Shown: one piece after another, positions 1 through 13,636 of the stretch | Layout of the letters: each line of letters begins with the position of its first letter | Position numbering within the stretch: position 1 is the stretch's first letter | NCBI GenBank assembly: GCA_032718475.1 | Contig: JAUCBJ010001447.1 | Location: 118,922-182,921 of the forward strand | Length of the DNA: 64,000 nucleotides | Direction: 5' to 3' | Source of the DNA: Nemertoderma westbladi | Taxonomy: Eukaryota > Animalia > Xenacoelomorpha | The notes under the pieces: model-generated | Databases searched by the model: none | The model's input: only the letters and a program-made list of their open reading frames with translations | What the model was told of the DNA's origin: nothing | Made by a program: the position numbers and the translations under genes

Positions 1-742
1 AGTGCTACGATATCTTAATCGACTAGAATTTTAAAGGATCTAAAATTTCGACAGATTTTATAAATATTAATAATTAATATTTTAGGATGGGCACCAGTTT
101 ATTCCAGAACTTGTCTGGGGACGTTAACCACTGATTCTAGAATTTGTCTTTCAAGTATATCGTTGGGTGCCGCGATATCTTAATCGACTAGAATTACAGA
201 TGGTCAAAGGGTTTAACAGATTTATTTTGCGTTATACGCTACTGTTAAAAGGACATCACGCTACTATATGTATTATTTAATATACGGTATGAGAGCAATA
301 TCGCACGAAGCAATGTCAGTGTGAAGAGGCAAGTCGTTTCCAAGGTCTACCCAGAGCTTGGTTTAGCCGAGACACGAGGATCTGAACTTTGCATTCCTAA
401 TACTCTGCCTACCAATAATACTTAAATATAGTAGGAGCTCTATTGTACTTTAATAAGTACGGATATTTCATCTTACTGTAGTTACGTATTTGTAATGTAA
501 TACAGACAGTAAGGAAAGAGAAAAATAATTATTTCTCGCCGTCGCACTAAATATATAATATATAAGTAACTAAGTAATAAACGCAAATATATATTGCACT
601 AATCTACTAAATAATCGCTAAAATAACATTCTACTAAATAAAATTAAAGAAAACGATTATAATAAAATTACATAATAATACATACATAAATATAAAATAA
701 TAAGAATAAAATAATATGGTCACACACCCACTCCATATGCTA

Positions 743-1594
743 CTAAGCTGGGGAGTCCCTAGATGTTTGTTGGATTAGGGAGGTGGTCGTGGGAAGAGTA
801 TCTTGTCTTCCATAGTTTCCGGAGAGTTCTCTGTCTCTTTCCAGTAAACATAAGCGACCAACTGGGCGATTGAGCTGCTGTGTCTCGAAGACAATTCCCG
901 GTTTCTTGAAGTTGCGTCGCATGACGACGAGTTCTACCGATCGCACCAAACCGTCATCCGAGATGTGAGTCTCGATGATACGACCTGTCTGCCACCGCTT
1001 ACGTGGAAGATCTACATCCACAATAAGAACCATGTCTCCAGCGCTGACGTTTTCTTGCTGCGCAAACCACTTAGTTCGAAGCTGTAGCGTGGGCAGATAA
1101 TGTTTTTCGAAATGGTCAGCGAAACGACGGGATAACAACTGCATGAGTTGCCAAGTTTGCCGGCAGTATTCGTCTCTGTCTGTGATTTCCGATTGTGGGA
1201 GCATGGCTACAGGTTTCTTCAGTAGGAAGTGCGCGGGTGTTAGCGCTTCCAGGGAATCGGGACTCGATGAGACTGGCATAAGCGGTCTCTCGTTGAGATA
1301 GGCGGCGATTTCCTCCATTAACGTCCGCAAAAGTTCGTCGGTGAGATACGCGCGGCAAGGCACTATAAAGTGAAATGCGGTCTTCACACTTCTTATTAAT
1401 CTCTCCCAACTTCCTCCCCACCAAGGGGCGTCGGCGGCGTTGAAGGTCCAGCTAGACGCTGTTACTCGTAGCTGATCGTCCACCTGTCTTTGGTTCCAAT
1501 CTTTGACGTAAGCTTTGATTTCATTGTTGGCACCAATGAAGTTTGTTCCCTTATCAGATCTCATCGTGTTACTAGTGCCAAAGCGAGCGATCTG
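743..1594 (-). pseudogene. pol: Integrase core and C-terminus of element A pol, cut off by an in-frame TGA at 1595..1597
   Basis: SDKGTNF, APWWGGSWERLIRSVK, LNERPL, LTPAHFL, RPVGRLCLLE motifs; in frame with the upstream pol ORF (30 nt between the two ORFs). Confidence 0.9.
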
Positions 1595-4500
1595 TCATCG
1601 TAAGCTTAATAGAAAGCTGTTGGTAGATAAATCGTTCACCATGTCGAGATGGATAGCTCTACAAGTCATACAAACAAAGATGACACACCATCTCTTGACT
1701 ATAGTCCTAGCACGATATACTTCAATAGGGCCAAATAAATCCACACCGGTATTAGTAAAGGGTGGTTCATAGAAGCTTACTCGTTCCCTAGGTAATTCTG
1801 CCTCTCGCTGTGTTAAAGGCCTACTGAATACTTTCCTACAGGGTATGCAGTTCCTAAGAACTTGGTTCAGAGCTCTACGGGGTTTATAAAAATAATAGCG
1901 AGTTCGAATTTCGCTAAGAACTCGTTCTCTACCAGCATGATAAAGTTTGCTGTGAACATCTACAATCATCTTGACTTGTATCTCAAGATTTCTAATGAGT
2001 ATGGGAAACTTAGTGTCAAAGGATAATGGAGCATTCGTTAATCTTCCTCCAACACGTATCAACCCATCTATCATTGTGCTAGAGAAACGATCCCTTAAGC
2101 GCATCCGTGGATTTCTCAACAACAGGAAATACTTATCGGAATCCTCATAGCATTGCAGGAGTCTCAGCATCTGCTTGTTGGTTTCTTCATGCTCCTGATA
2201 ACTGATCTTCTCCTTCAGAAACCTGTCGGGTATCTTATATTTGGGAAGATCTTTAATAACATGGACCTGCACTGATGTTATTGGAGCGGTATCACCTTTG
2301 GTCTTCATCCCGGAGTAGTGATGGTGAAAACATCTCTTTAAATATGTAACGGCCTTACAGAGCCGATTCCAGGAACTGTAGTGATGTATCGCTCTCTGCA
2401 GAAGAGGTGAGAGTCCTTGCGAGACGTCTGGTATTCCAGATTTCCAATCCTTCTCACGGATTTCCACAACAAGCTTATTTGTGGCCGTTGGTTTCTGATC
2501 CAAAGCGTCGTCTCCGGAAGTATGTAGTACAGACAGATCTACCATAGGTTTGAATAACTTCGATTTACTCGCCCGAGTTTTAGGTTTGACTTTCTCCGCT
2601 CCCTTGGCCTGTCTAATCTCTGCGGTAGTAAGATGAGGAGGCCATTCTTCTTCTTCTTTGTACAGGAAGTCGGGTCCACCTAGCCAGTCTGGAGTATCTA
2701 CCAGTTCTTGTGGAGTTGCTCCCCTGGAGGCGATGTCTGCTGGATTAATCGTTCCGGGGCAATGTCTCCATTGATCCATCGTTGTGCGACTGAGTATAAT
2801 GGCTACTCTGTTGGTAACGAAGACGCTGAACTGACAGACTTCATTGGTTATATACTCCAACACGAGTAAAGCGGCGGTCCAATAGACAGTTTTCTCCAGT
2901 GGATAGTCGATCTGTTCTGTTACATTCCGGCCGATGGCTGTAGCGTTTAGAGCCGCTTTTAACTCCGCTCGAGGAACTTTCAACTTATTGTTTATTAATG
3001 CCTTAGAGGTAACCAAGGCGACTTTGATTCCGTCCGGAGTTTCCACCCTTAGGTAGGCTACTATACCTATTCCCATATCGCTGGCGTCTCCAAACACATG
3101 GAGTTGATAGGAATACGTAGGGAGAACATGACCAAAATATGAATGGGAAATTATAAAGTTCTCGATAGCTGGTAGAGAATCTTCCCATTTCATCCACTTC
3201 TTTAATAATTCTCCCTTAAGTGGATCGTCCCATGAGTGGTTTTCAAGCCACATTTGTTGTACTAAACTCCGAGCAATCAATATAACTGGGCTAATAAATC
3301 CCAATGGATCGAAATAAGTGCTCAGGATACTTAAACAAATCCGTTTAGTCCGAACTGGATTATCTCGCTGTTTTAGTTGGAAAAACAGGATATCTCTTTC
3401 TGTGTCCCATTTCAAACCAAGGGTCTTAGTTTCTGGGAGATCATCTTTTATTAGATCCAGGTCTTTCGCTCCTCGATCTTCTACCGGGATCGACTCCAGA
3501 AACTCACGGGAGTTGCTGGTGAATTTAGTTAATCGAAATCCACCTCTTTTTAAGCACTCTACCGTTCCTTTAGCGACGTCAATGGCTTCTTCGACTGATG
3601 GAAGGGACTTTAGATTGTCGTCCATGTATATATCCCGCTTGATGTTGTCAATCACCTCTTTAGAGAAGGCGTCTCGGTTGTCATCCGCAGTGGTGCGCAC
3701 CACTGAACAGGCGTTTGAAGGGCTTGAGATTATCCCAAAAGCCTGGATGGTCATCCAGTACTCCACCGGTTTCTGGTTGAGGTCTCCTTCAGGCCACCAC
3801 AGAAATCGTAGGCTATCTCGATCCCTATCCAACGCCTTGACTTGTAAGAACATGCCTTCTATATCTGAGGCGAAAGCAATTGAATATTGTCTTAATCTTA
3901 GGAGTATTCCCAACAAGGATTGGAGTAAGTTGGGTCCGGGTAACAATTCGGAATTAAAGGATTGGCCCATATAGAGGGCAGAGCCGTCAAACACCACTCG
4001 TACTTCATGGGGTTTACCGGGTTTGGGAACGTAATGGTGAGTTAAATAATACGTTCTCTCAGTTATAGGTGTTTCTTCCGGTACTAGCTCCGCATATCCC
4101 TTGCTAATAAATTTCTTCAACTGCGTTTGATACATTTCTTTAGCTGAAGAATTTGCCGTAAGGCGTCGATGTAGTTGAGCAATTCTTTTCTCCGCCAAGG
4201 GTCTGTTGTTTACGAACTTTGGTTCTCGCTTTCGGAAAGGTAGACCGATCTCATATCTACCTTGATCTTTAAGAAAACGTGTAGTTATCTCTTGGATCTG
4301 CTTGGCTCTTTCTTCCTCTACCGATAGGGCCTTATCGTAGGAATTGGGCTCTACAGCCTCTTGAGAAAAGAATCGTACGGCGTGTTCATCCCGAGTCTTG
4401 GCATTATAACGTTCAATGACGTCATTAAGTTCGTCGTTATAGTTGTCTCGCTCTGATGGAAGAAGGAGCTGACATAAGTTCACTTGGGTTTGCCAAGTCT

Positions 4501-5548
4501 CGTTTTCCTTAAGGAGATCAATGGCATTCTCCTCGTCAAAAAGTTGGTAGACATCGTCATTATCTGAGGAGTATGGTGTTCCCTCAGTTGGATCGTCTAA
4601 CTCACTGCCCTCGACTTCCCATTCTCTTACCTGATATACCTGGACATCGTCATTATCTGAGGAGTATGGTGTTCCCTCAGTTGGATCGTCTAACTCACTG
4701 CCCTCGACTTCCCATTCTCTTACCTGATATACCTGATCTTTCGGCAATCTTTCCATGAGAGTTCTACGGGAAGGGCCAGTAAAGTACCAACCCACTCTAG
4801 TTCTTCCCGCATAAGCTTGTAGTGGTTGCGGTTGAGCGGGCCGTTTCTCCAATGTCTCGAGCGCTTCATGTGCGTTTTGACCGATGAGTATTTGCACTCC
4901 AGGGTAATCGGTGTTGAATCTAGGTATTTCCAGCTGCTGGGTGAAATCGTCCTCATCCCAGTTATAAGGTTCCACTTGGGTGGTAGCGAAGTTCTTTATC
5001 GCCACCATTTTTACTGACCTTATACTATGTTCTCCTAGTTCATCCTGGGGGGTGGACAACGCACCTACATAATAATCCGCTATTACTGTAGATTTCCAAA
5101 CCTGCATAATTCCTGACATGTTTAGCTTAGTTCGGAACTTGGGTTGTCCAGCAAAGATGTCTTCGGCTAGTTCTTTGTCGATGAATGTTCCTGTACTACC
5201 GGAGTCAAGGAGGGCATTCACTACATAACTCCTTTTAGGTCCGTGGACCCTTACCTGTACTACAGGAAATTCTCGGATTCCTACATTGGAAGGTGGCGCT
5301 TTCCAAGATGGTTGTCGATCAGAAGTAGATAGGGTGAGGTCGCTGTCTGTGTCTTTTTCATATGTAAGTGCTCGATACACTGCGGTATTTATCATGTAAC
5401 AGGATTCACCTTCGTCGGAGAATTCATCTGTATAGAATCCTTCCATCTCAGAACTTTGGTCAGTGTCGTTCACATCACTGAATTGGACATGTAGTTCGGA
5501 ATCACTTACCTGACTCTGGCTGTTTCGCTCAAATTCAGTGTGCAACAA
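1595..5548 (-). pseudogene. pol: Element A pol: aspartic protease, RT, RNase H, integrase N-terminus
   Basis: ALLDSGSTGTF (PR), IYMDDNL (RT), FGDASD and PRAELKAA (RNase H; third acidic residue reads WTAA rather than WTDx), HSKLYH..CIPC zinc finger, VDLFGP. Confidence 0.92.
4550..4735 (-). repeat. 93-bp tandem duplication in element A pol (31 aa x2)
   Basis: QVYQVREWEVEGSELDDPTEGTPYSSDNDDV occurs twice; single copy in element B. Confidence 0.9.
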
Positions 5549-8500
5549 GATATGATGTTTCGCACCGCACTTTGCACACCTTGTGTCGGAGTAACAGCTT
5601 ATACCACATGACTTCCCGTCTCTCCGCTAATGATTTCTTCAGGAATTCATCACACATATTCAAACGGTGGGTCCCGTCACATAGCGCACATTTCGGTTTG
5701 ATGTTACTTACCTTATTTTGAATAACATTGTGCACACTCGTTCTTTCTTCGGGCTTTCTCACCTGAATTCTCTTAGGAGACGTAGGAGGAGTTTTTCTTA
5801 CCTGTTCTCTCCTGTCATTGGTTCGAGACTTGAATTTACTTACCTGTTCTTTAGGCATTTTATTGACATAATAAGATCTTTCAGTGTCTTTCCCGCTATC
5901 CTCTCCTTGAGAAGTCTGGCTTTCGCCATCGTCTGTATAACACACTGGTGTTACCTTTCTCCTAGAAAAGGGTTTCTCACTTACCTTGTTTTCCGGTGTC
6001 TTCTCTCTAGACTGTTTTAGGAGCTGTAATTTCACTTCTCCATCTAAGAATGACATGAGATCAGCCATGGTAGGGTCTCGTCGTTGTTGTTCCATCATAT
6101 ATAACACTTTCTTATCCCAGCGTGTACCTACTCCACCCTTCGGTAAAGTAGAGGCCACGGCTCCAATAACCATAGAACTCTGATATTCATGAGACTTACC
6201 TAACCAATCTAATTGTCTACAGATCTCCTGAATCTCATCGGAAAACTCTATTATCCCGCTGCTAATGAACTTTCGGGGCGCTACTAATTTTGCATACAAA
6301 TATTTAGCTATGTTATTCCTATTACCATACCTGATGTTTAGTGTATCCCAAACTTGTCTTAATCCGTCTGGATGTCCAATAAACTTTAACGCCATTAACT
6401 TGGGAGATCCTTCCAAGCACTCGATGAGGAATCTAAGTTTCTCTCCATTAGATAGTACAGAGTTCTGTATGTTATCTTTGTAATATTCATTAAAAGGTAA
6501 CCATTTCATCTCATCTCCATTGAACTTGACGATCTCTCCCACCTTTACCGCTTGCCGGGCTTCGGTTCTAGCCATTTGACGCGTAAAACTTTCTTGGGCC
6601 ATCGTGTTATTTAATATCGAGTTATCGGTATATAAATTTCTCGGATTATGATCAGGTCTATAGGGAATATCATTATCAACAGGTCTATAATTACCCTTAA
6701 TAGGGTTCACTGTAGGAGTTTCTACTTCGCTAGCAGTATATATGCGTGTAGGCTCCACACCTTGCGCATGAGATACTTCAGACCTAACAGGTTGACACAT
6801 TGTTACCGGGGGTGGTGGTATACCCTTTTGTGTATTTACTAATTTATCGCGTTCTAACGCGATACTTTGCTGCACTTCTTGCAACTCTAACCTACTTTCC
6901 CTTACTGTGCCCTTGAATTGCTGAACGGTCTCCTGCATCTGCCCGAGCAGGAGATCCATCCCCCGTCGTCTCTCATCCACCCACTCGACCGCCGAAGTGG
7001 GAGCCGCCAACGTTGTAGCGGGCGGACGAGGGACAACGGGCGACAAATCATTAATATTTCGCTCGGAGTCCAGGACATGGATTGTCTCATGGGCTGTTCT
7101 GCTGGGCACAGGTAGCTTAGTGCTGTGCAGAGGGAATTTAGAGGTAGGTTCAGGGAGTACAGGTGTCTCTACCACCGAAAGGGTGGCTTCGGGAACAGGC
7201 CTAATTATTTCAGGCTCATCTACTATAGTAGGGAGTCTTTCTATTTTAATTATTTGGTCTGTGGGTTCTGTACTACCTAAGTTTGTGTTATTTAGTTGCC
7301 TTCTAACAGCTGGAGGCAAATCAGGCAATTTCTGACGGTGGGATGTTCTTCTACGTCTGCTTAGACGAGATCTATTTCCTTTGCCTTCAGTATCGGTGGT
7401 ATCGCCTTCCTCAGATGATGTATATCCCTGTCTTTTGGGAGTAGATCGATTCATCATCTGCATATTACTAGCTGTTAACTGTTTATTTATGCAGTCTTGA
7501 TTCTCCTGAATGTTTTCCAATTCTAATTGGGTGGTTTCTTCAGCCGCTCTCCGTTCTGCTTCTGCCACTGCCTCTGCCGCTTTTCTTTCCGCTTCGGCCG
7601 CTGCCACTGCCGCTTTTCTTTCCGCTTCTGCCGCTGCCGCTTTTCTTTCCGCCTCTGCCTCTGCCACTGCTACTGCCGCTTTTCTTTCTGCTTCTGCAGC
7701 TGCCGCTTTTCTTTCCGCCTCTGCCTCTGCCGCTGCTACTGCCGCTTTTCTTTCTGCTTCTGCAGCTGCCACTGCTGCTGCCACTGCCGCTGCCTTTCTG
7801 TCTTCTATACGTTTTTTCTTCACTTGTTCTTCTTGGACTCTAGTGATGCGAAGGCGTTCATCAAATCTAGCTTGGTTCGCAGCTCTCATATCCACATCGA
7901 TGGCGTCCAACACACACTGGGTTCCTTCACTATTAGGGCTAAGTCCATCTAACCTTCTCCTCAACTCTTCATCTCCTAAAAAGCGCTGATAGTCTGACAG
8001 ATAGATGTCAATGGCATCCCTCTTATGCGGTTTCTCTGCCGTCGCTTCACTTTCCACTTGGGAAAAAGTAGCGTCTGTTGATTCTCCATGGGTTGAGCGC
8101 TCCTCCAGCTGAGCTTTCCACTGAGCCGTTCCTTGAACCTGGAGGCTCACCCGTTGAAACCAAGTCTTTACGGCAACTTGCAACGACGTGTCTTGTCTTC
8201 TTTTAGAAGCCTCCTCAAAGGCCGATAAGATTAGCCTGATTCGTAGAATTCTTTCTCTAACTTGATAAAGCAGCTGTCCCTGCTCTTGAGGTCCTTGGGG
8301 TTGTTGAAACAGTTGTTCTTTTAATCGCTCCATAGAGCTGAAGAATCCCTGTGCGTATCCGGCTGCGGACTTCTTCCACACAGCTGGATCGATGGTTTCC
8401 TTGGTTACTCCCATCCTGTGTATGTCTTCCCAGGCAGCTTCTGATAAATCAAACGGGAGTCCGGGTCCGGGGAAGTTCCATTGCGACTCGACAATAGACT

Positions 8501-8969
8501 TCAGTTCTTCCCTTGTGTATCCCGCATAACTATCTTTAGTCGATCGCTTATTTCTCGCCCAATCGATCTGGTGTTCTTCCACCGCAATCAATAACCTAGT
8601 GAGGATGGCTGCAGGAAGGATGAGAAGGGGGTCAGAATAAACCGCACCTGTCATCTTTGCGCCGTGCTCGGGTGTCAGCTCTACAGTATCCGCACTACTG
8701 GAGCTGTCGGGCCGCTGAGAAATAAGTTCTTGGCTCACGGGTTGCTGCTGTTCTGCTGCTTCTTGGTCCCGCTTGACCTGAGCTCGAGTGCCTATGATAG
8801 ACCTACGATGTTGGACCAGCCTAGGGTCTGATATTACTTCGGGAGGGATGATCTTTCTTACAGTAGGAGGTGAATTGAACTTCGGTCTCTCACGTTCCAC
8901 ACTCCTGTCTGGGTCACAGATGGTTGTATCTAGGAGACTGTCCGACAGGTTTTGCTTAGTGTCAGACAT
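5535..8969 (-). pseudogene. gag: Element A gag, frameshifted from pol by a 44-bp deletion in the zinc-knuckle region
   Basis: BEL capsid-like KFNGDEMKW..EKLRFLIECLEG, CALCDGTHRLNMC knuckle, Ala-rich AERKAAA repeats; versus element B the segment encoding RLCYNCLRRGHQRRT is missing near 5597. Confidence 0.9.
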
Positions 8970-9089
8970 GTTTGTTTGTACAGTTGAATGCCTACTGCTC
9001 TATTACAGTTTAAGCAAGTCTAGTAATTCAGTATCACTGTTAGCCTAGTAATTAATTACCGATACTGCTACTCAGTGTAGCGTGATATA

Positions 9090-11000
9090 TATATAATATA
9101 TTAGAATACCGGTATGCTTATAGTATATATAAGTATTATTACAGACTAGGTTTGTCACAGAATACCGGTAGGTAATTTCAGCACAAATATATAAATATAT
9201 AATAGGCCTATCATGAATACCGGTATGCAGCTTACACTTATAGTATATATAAGTATAATTATGAACTAGAATTAATTACAGAATACCGGTATAATTTCAG
9301 CCTAAATTTATAAATATATAATAGGCCTATCGTGAATACCGGTATACAGCTTACACTTATAGTATATATATAAGTATAATTACAGACTAGAATTGATTAC
9401 AGAATACCGGTATGATTTCAGCCTAAAATTTATAGAAATAAATATAATAAGCCTATTGTAAATACCGGTATGTCAATTATTTTAGAATAACTGAATTTCT
9501 GAAATTTCAGGGGTTACTTGGTTACTTTAACTTACTTTATTACCGTTATTTAAGCAGTAGTCCAACTGATATTTAGACCTAATTGTTGTATGGCAGGCCT
9601 ACTATTTATAAATCTTTGAGTTGATTAATAATATATATACCCGTTAAAATGGGTTTTTGTCAATATTTAAAATAAATGTTATTATTTCTGGGGAAGTCAC
9701 TACACAGAAGCTGTGCGCTCTCAGTGAAGTGCTACTTGTTGGACACTAAAACAAATAATTCTAATTTACCTAAGTTACTTAATACTACAAATTACATACA
9801 ATTCGGGGTGAGATTACAATCTCTAAATAAACACAAAAATTTACAAGTACGAATTTTTAGGGTAATTTTACAAGAAGTCTACTAACCAGCCTAACAAAGG
9901 GTTAGAATATCTGGTTATTACAAAGGACAGGGTACTACGGTATTTGAAAATAATAAGTAGTAGTAAATATACTGTGTTGTCCAGATAGGAAAATACCACC
10001 GTCTGACGACTTATAGCCGTATCGCTATAAGTACTACGTTATGTATCACGGAGTGTTCCTACCTAGAAGTTAATTACCGCGGTCTACCAGAACCAACGTG
10101 CATATTAACCACTTTACAACACAAATATACTGCCTACACACTAATCACCTTCGGAAAGTACTGTACACTAAACCCTAAATTAGGTACAAGTACTTATACA
10201 ACAAATAATTAGTAGTTAAAATACTTGAACAGCTAAAAGAACCACGGTATCTGCCGGAGTGACCAAAGCACAAAATCTCCAGTCTTTACCTACGCCAAGC
10301 AGCCCTGATGTAGTACCAGGGTTAGTTTAACTATAACGGTATATATAACAAGCACAATTACTGTAGGAATAAACTTGGGGATATGAATGTTGCGAATAAT
10401 CGCATAAACTCTGAATAATAAATATTACGCTACGCGTACAGACTACTCAAACAAAATGCAGACCAAATACTGACAGACTACTATCAAGCCTAAACAAACT
10501 ACGGTATATGCAGACTCCGAAATGGTTAGTTAGTATGCGTTCTAACCGAGTAGGACGACTTATTCTTTCGATGGGGATTTACCTTACAGCTCTGGCTGCC
10601 CCTACTTTCCTAACCGGCACCTTATCGGACATACACTCTACACACACCGAAATTCCTTCAAGACCTAACAACAGCCAGACAAAATCCAGCCTACAAATTA
10701 TCTAAATAAGAAATATTACGCTACCCGTACAAACTACACAAACCAAGTACAGACCAAACGCTGGCAGACTACTATCAAGCCTAAATAAACTACAGTATAT
10801 GCAGACTCCGAAATGGTTAGTTAGTATGCGTTCTAACCCAGTAGTACGACTTATTCTTTCGAGGGGGTTCACCTCACAGCACTGGCAGCCCCTACTTTCC
10901 TAACTAGTACTTTTTCGGACATACGCTCTACACACACTACAGTCCCTTCAGACTTAACAACAGTCAGACAACAGTCCAGCCTACAAATTGTCTGTACAAT
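9090..11000 (-). repeat. Tandem repeats in the long 5' UTR of A (about 120-bp units at 9100..9470; about 290-bp duplication at 10420..11000)
   Basis: Recurring GAATACCGGTA..AATAGGCCTAT units; AATATTACGCTAC..CCAGCCTACAAATT block present twice; mirrored in B at about 41460..43230. Confidence 0.75.
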
Positions 11001-11261
11001 CTGAGCAGGCTTACACGCCTTCTGCTCAATATTAGCCTATAAATAAATAAAACTGACAGAAATAGGCCTAAGTAAAATCCCAATAAAAACCAGGCGTCCC
11101 CGATTAATTATTAAGACCTACTGGTATATAATAATCAAAATCGAATAATACTACTGTACCTGTACTGCTGTAGGTACCGGTCCGGGTGGTTAGGTAGTCA
11201 GGCCTACTGGGTACCGGTTGGCCGGTACTTCAGCTTTATTGCCTACTGCAATACAGAAGCA

Positions 11262-11272
11262 ATATCCGTTAT
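11262..11272 (-). promoter_or_regulatory. Primer-binding position of A (ATAACGGATAT), self-complementary type
   Basis: Abuts LTR end ..GCACGAACA; no TGG; exact complement lies in the LTR at 11990..12000. Confidence 0.8.
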
Positions 11273-12436
11273 TGTTCGTGCTTTCAGACCTTTAGCAGTT
11301 TAACCTGCCAAATTGGGATGTCTTCTAGATAATAGATCGTCTTTAGCCTATGACAAGTATTTGATACACTACATTAGCCGAAGCCAGTCTATGCGCGATC
11401 ATTCACCCGTTGGATATACCCGGGAGACTGGATTCGGAAGCCTAATTGTATTGCGGTGTAGGCCTACCGTATTATTCGACTGATCGTAATATATATAATC
11501 TCTGACAAATATTATTCACTTTCGGGAAATATTAGCAGTTCCTTTAGGACGTGGCGCTCTAAATATATAAACAGAGTTATGACTTAAACTAGACACAACG
11601 GGATGGCTATAGATTCACGTATATGGCGCATTCTTTAGGAGATGCTTTGTTATCAATCACAATCATACACAATACTGCACAATGCTGCACACTGATCTGC
11701 CGACCTTCATTAATTTTAGTCACATATAAGGAGAACAACAGACAATACATGTAGGGCCTATAAAATAGCATTAGATTCACTTCAAACCACTTAATGTAAG
11801 TCGCAATCGTTATATGTAACCGGTCTCTCTAACCTTTAGTATATCAAGAAGATTGGGGTGTCTGATTATTTATCAGTATTCCAAATATAATATTCCATCA
11901 ACAAATAATGAATAACCGACAGTAAATAGCAGTAAAATGTTAAGGTATAAGTTATGTGAGTATATGATTGTTTTGTATGGATTGATATGATAACGGATAT
12001 ACGTTCTATAATTAAGCCTACTAATGTTGGGCTAAAGACTGAAACACGGAGGTTCCAAAGCCGGTGTTGTAGGCTGTGGACAAAATCACATACTGACTCA
12101 ACTCCACGAGTTTCTATATACAATCTCTAACACAGAGGCAAAAAACGCTCTGATTGGTCGACCGAACAAAGAAGGAACAGAGAACAAAGAACAAGCTCCA
12201 CGTGTACAGCATCAGCTGTTAGCCGTCGTCATGGTAGCTACACTGTTTCAAGAGGATCTGGCGTATTGCGTCATAGAATTACTAATTATGTCCGTTAAAG
12301 TACACATACAGAAGAAATGGCTTTTATGTCCTCTAAAACACCAGTAGAGTGAGGACACGGCCTTTTATGCCTGTTAAACCAACTACAGAGTACTTTACGG
12401 GGAAAATAACCGGCTAATTCCGCAAAAGCCTTTACA
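11273..12436 (-). repeat. 5' LTR of element A (1164 bp, TG...CA)
   Basis: Starts TGTAAAGGCTTTTG and ends GCACGAACA, homologous to the TSD-defined LTRs of B (TGTAAAAGCTTTTG...GCGCGAACA). Confidence 0.88.
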
Positions 12437-12530
12437 CAGCAATACTCGAGCTGAATATTTATTTATTTGTACTTCCCTCCTGTTTCACTCTAACATACTT
12501 GAGGCCGGTAGGTCCGCTGTTAGAGATAGG

Positions 12531-12697
12531 ATATGCAACTTAAGACTGCCCGTTCAATAGAAATGGATTAGGTGGGAGTTTGAGTGTCAGGGACCAGTGG
12601 CTGAGCTGGTGAGCGCTACTGATGAGGCGAGGCCTGATAGGCTGAAACGTATGTATAGCGCTTGTTCAACCCCCGGTGTGCGCTTTCTAATTTTTTT
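12531..12697 (+). ncRNA. Minimal type I hammerhead ribozyme in a short dispersed repeat (copy 1)
   Basis: AGCGCTA-CTGATGA-(stem II with a GAGGC duplication)-GAAAC-GTAT-GTA-TAGCGCT at 12612..12662; homologous copy at 58024..58184. Confidence 0.75.
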
Positions 12698-13505
12698 CCG
12701 TACTGGTATTCTAACCACCGCATCCCCCCATCGTACATCAACACCCCCCCCCCAACCAACCGGTGAGGAACTGTCTACTAGCTATGCTACTTGGTTGCTC
12801 CGTTGCCCGGAACTACTATATTAATATTATTATTGTTACTCTTACTATATATAAATTTTTGAAGTAGAGGCTTATATTATTTTGTCGTTGTTGTTGTTAT
12901 TTTGTTATAACTATTGGGCAAAACATATACTTACTTACTTACGAAAATTATAATGGTATGTAATGGTTATTGATCCAAAATACCACTAACAATTACAGTA
13001 CATTGGCATTGGCGGAGGGTTTGGAGATATGAGAAATTTAGAATAAATCTCTTCGAATTATTTTCTAGAGTCTCGGTGATAAAAAGTAAATTTTATAAAT
13101 TCGGGGAATGGTTACAGGTCACAATGACACGTCACAGTACTTCTCAAATCAACAAGCGAAAGTCAACAATACAGGTAACTGTTATTTTATAAAATATCAT
13201 TTAGAATTAATTCTTACCTGACAATAATTATCTTCAGTAATATCATCTTGAATGCCGACTGAAATCTCAACATGGCGCCAAACAACAATAGGGCTAAATG
13301 TTATAGCCAGATTATATTTATATATTTAATACTTGTAACTTGCAATATGTTGAAGAGTTGCAATATGCATTGCAGTAACTATGGAAGCAATATATGGTAG
13401 CAATATCAAATTCTACAGTTCAATTTATTTTGTAACATTATATCACTCTAGCATTTATTAAAGTATTTAGCAACAAAAAGTATACAATTTAAGAATGAAA
13501 TTACG

Positions 13506-13636
13506 TATTTCATGGGAAAAAAAACGTAGTACATTTTTTTTTAATATTCTCTCGACACTTGAACCTCGTTGAAGCTCGGTAAATAAGAGCTTGAGAATAG
13601 AGAAAAAATGTTCTACGTTTATTCCCGTAATAAATA
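13506..13636. mobile_element. Small palindromic MITE-like element
   Basis: Imperfect inverted arms GGGAAAAAAAACGTAGTACATTTTTT / AAAAAATGTTCTACGTTTATTCCC. Confidence 0.5.

Larger units (their letters stand above)
1..12436 (-). mobile_element. BEL/Pao LTR retrotransposon A (disabled copy; 3' LTR lies beyond window start)
   Basis: Gag-PR-RT-RNaseH-IN order with BEL-type motifs; 5' LTR at 11273..12436; bases 1..742 are the reverse complement of the 3' UTR of element B (about 47040..47780). Confidence 0.93.

Noticed and set aside
5535-5620. Programmed gag-pol frameshift in A
   Set aside because: Comparison with B shows a 44-bp deletion through a zinc knuckle; the family has a single gag-pol frame
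7510-7989. Antisense Ala-rich ORFs opposite gag (similar shadows occur over pol)
   Set aside because: Shadow frames of repetitive coding sequence with no independent motif
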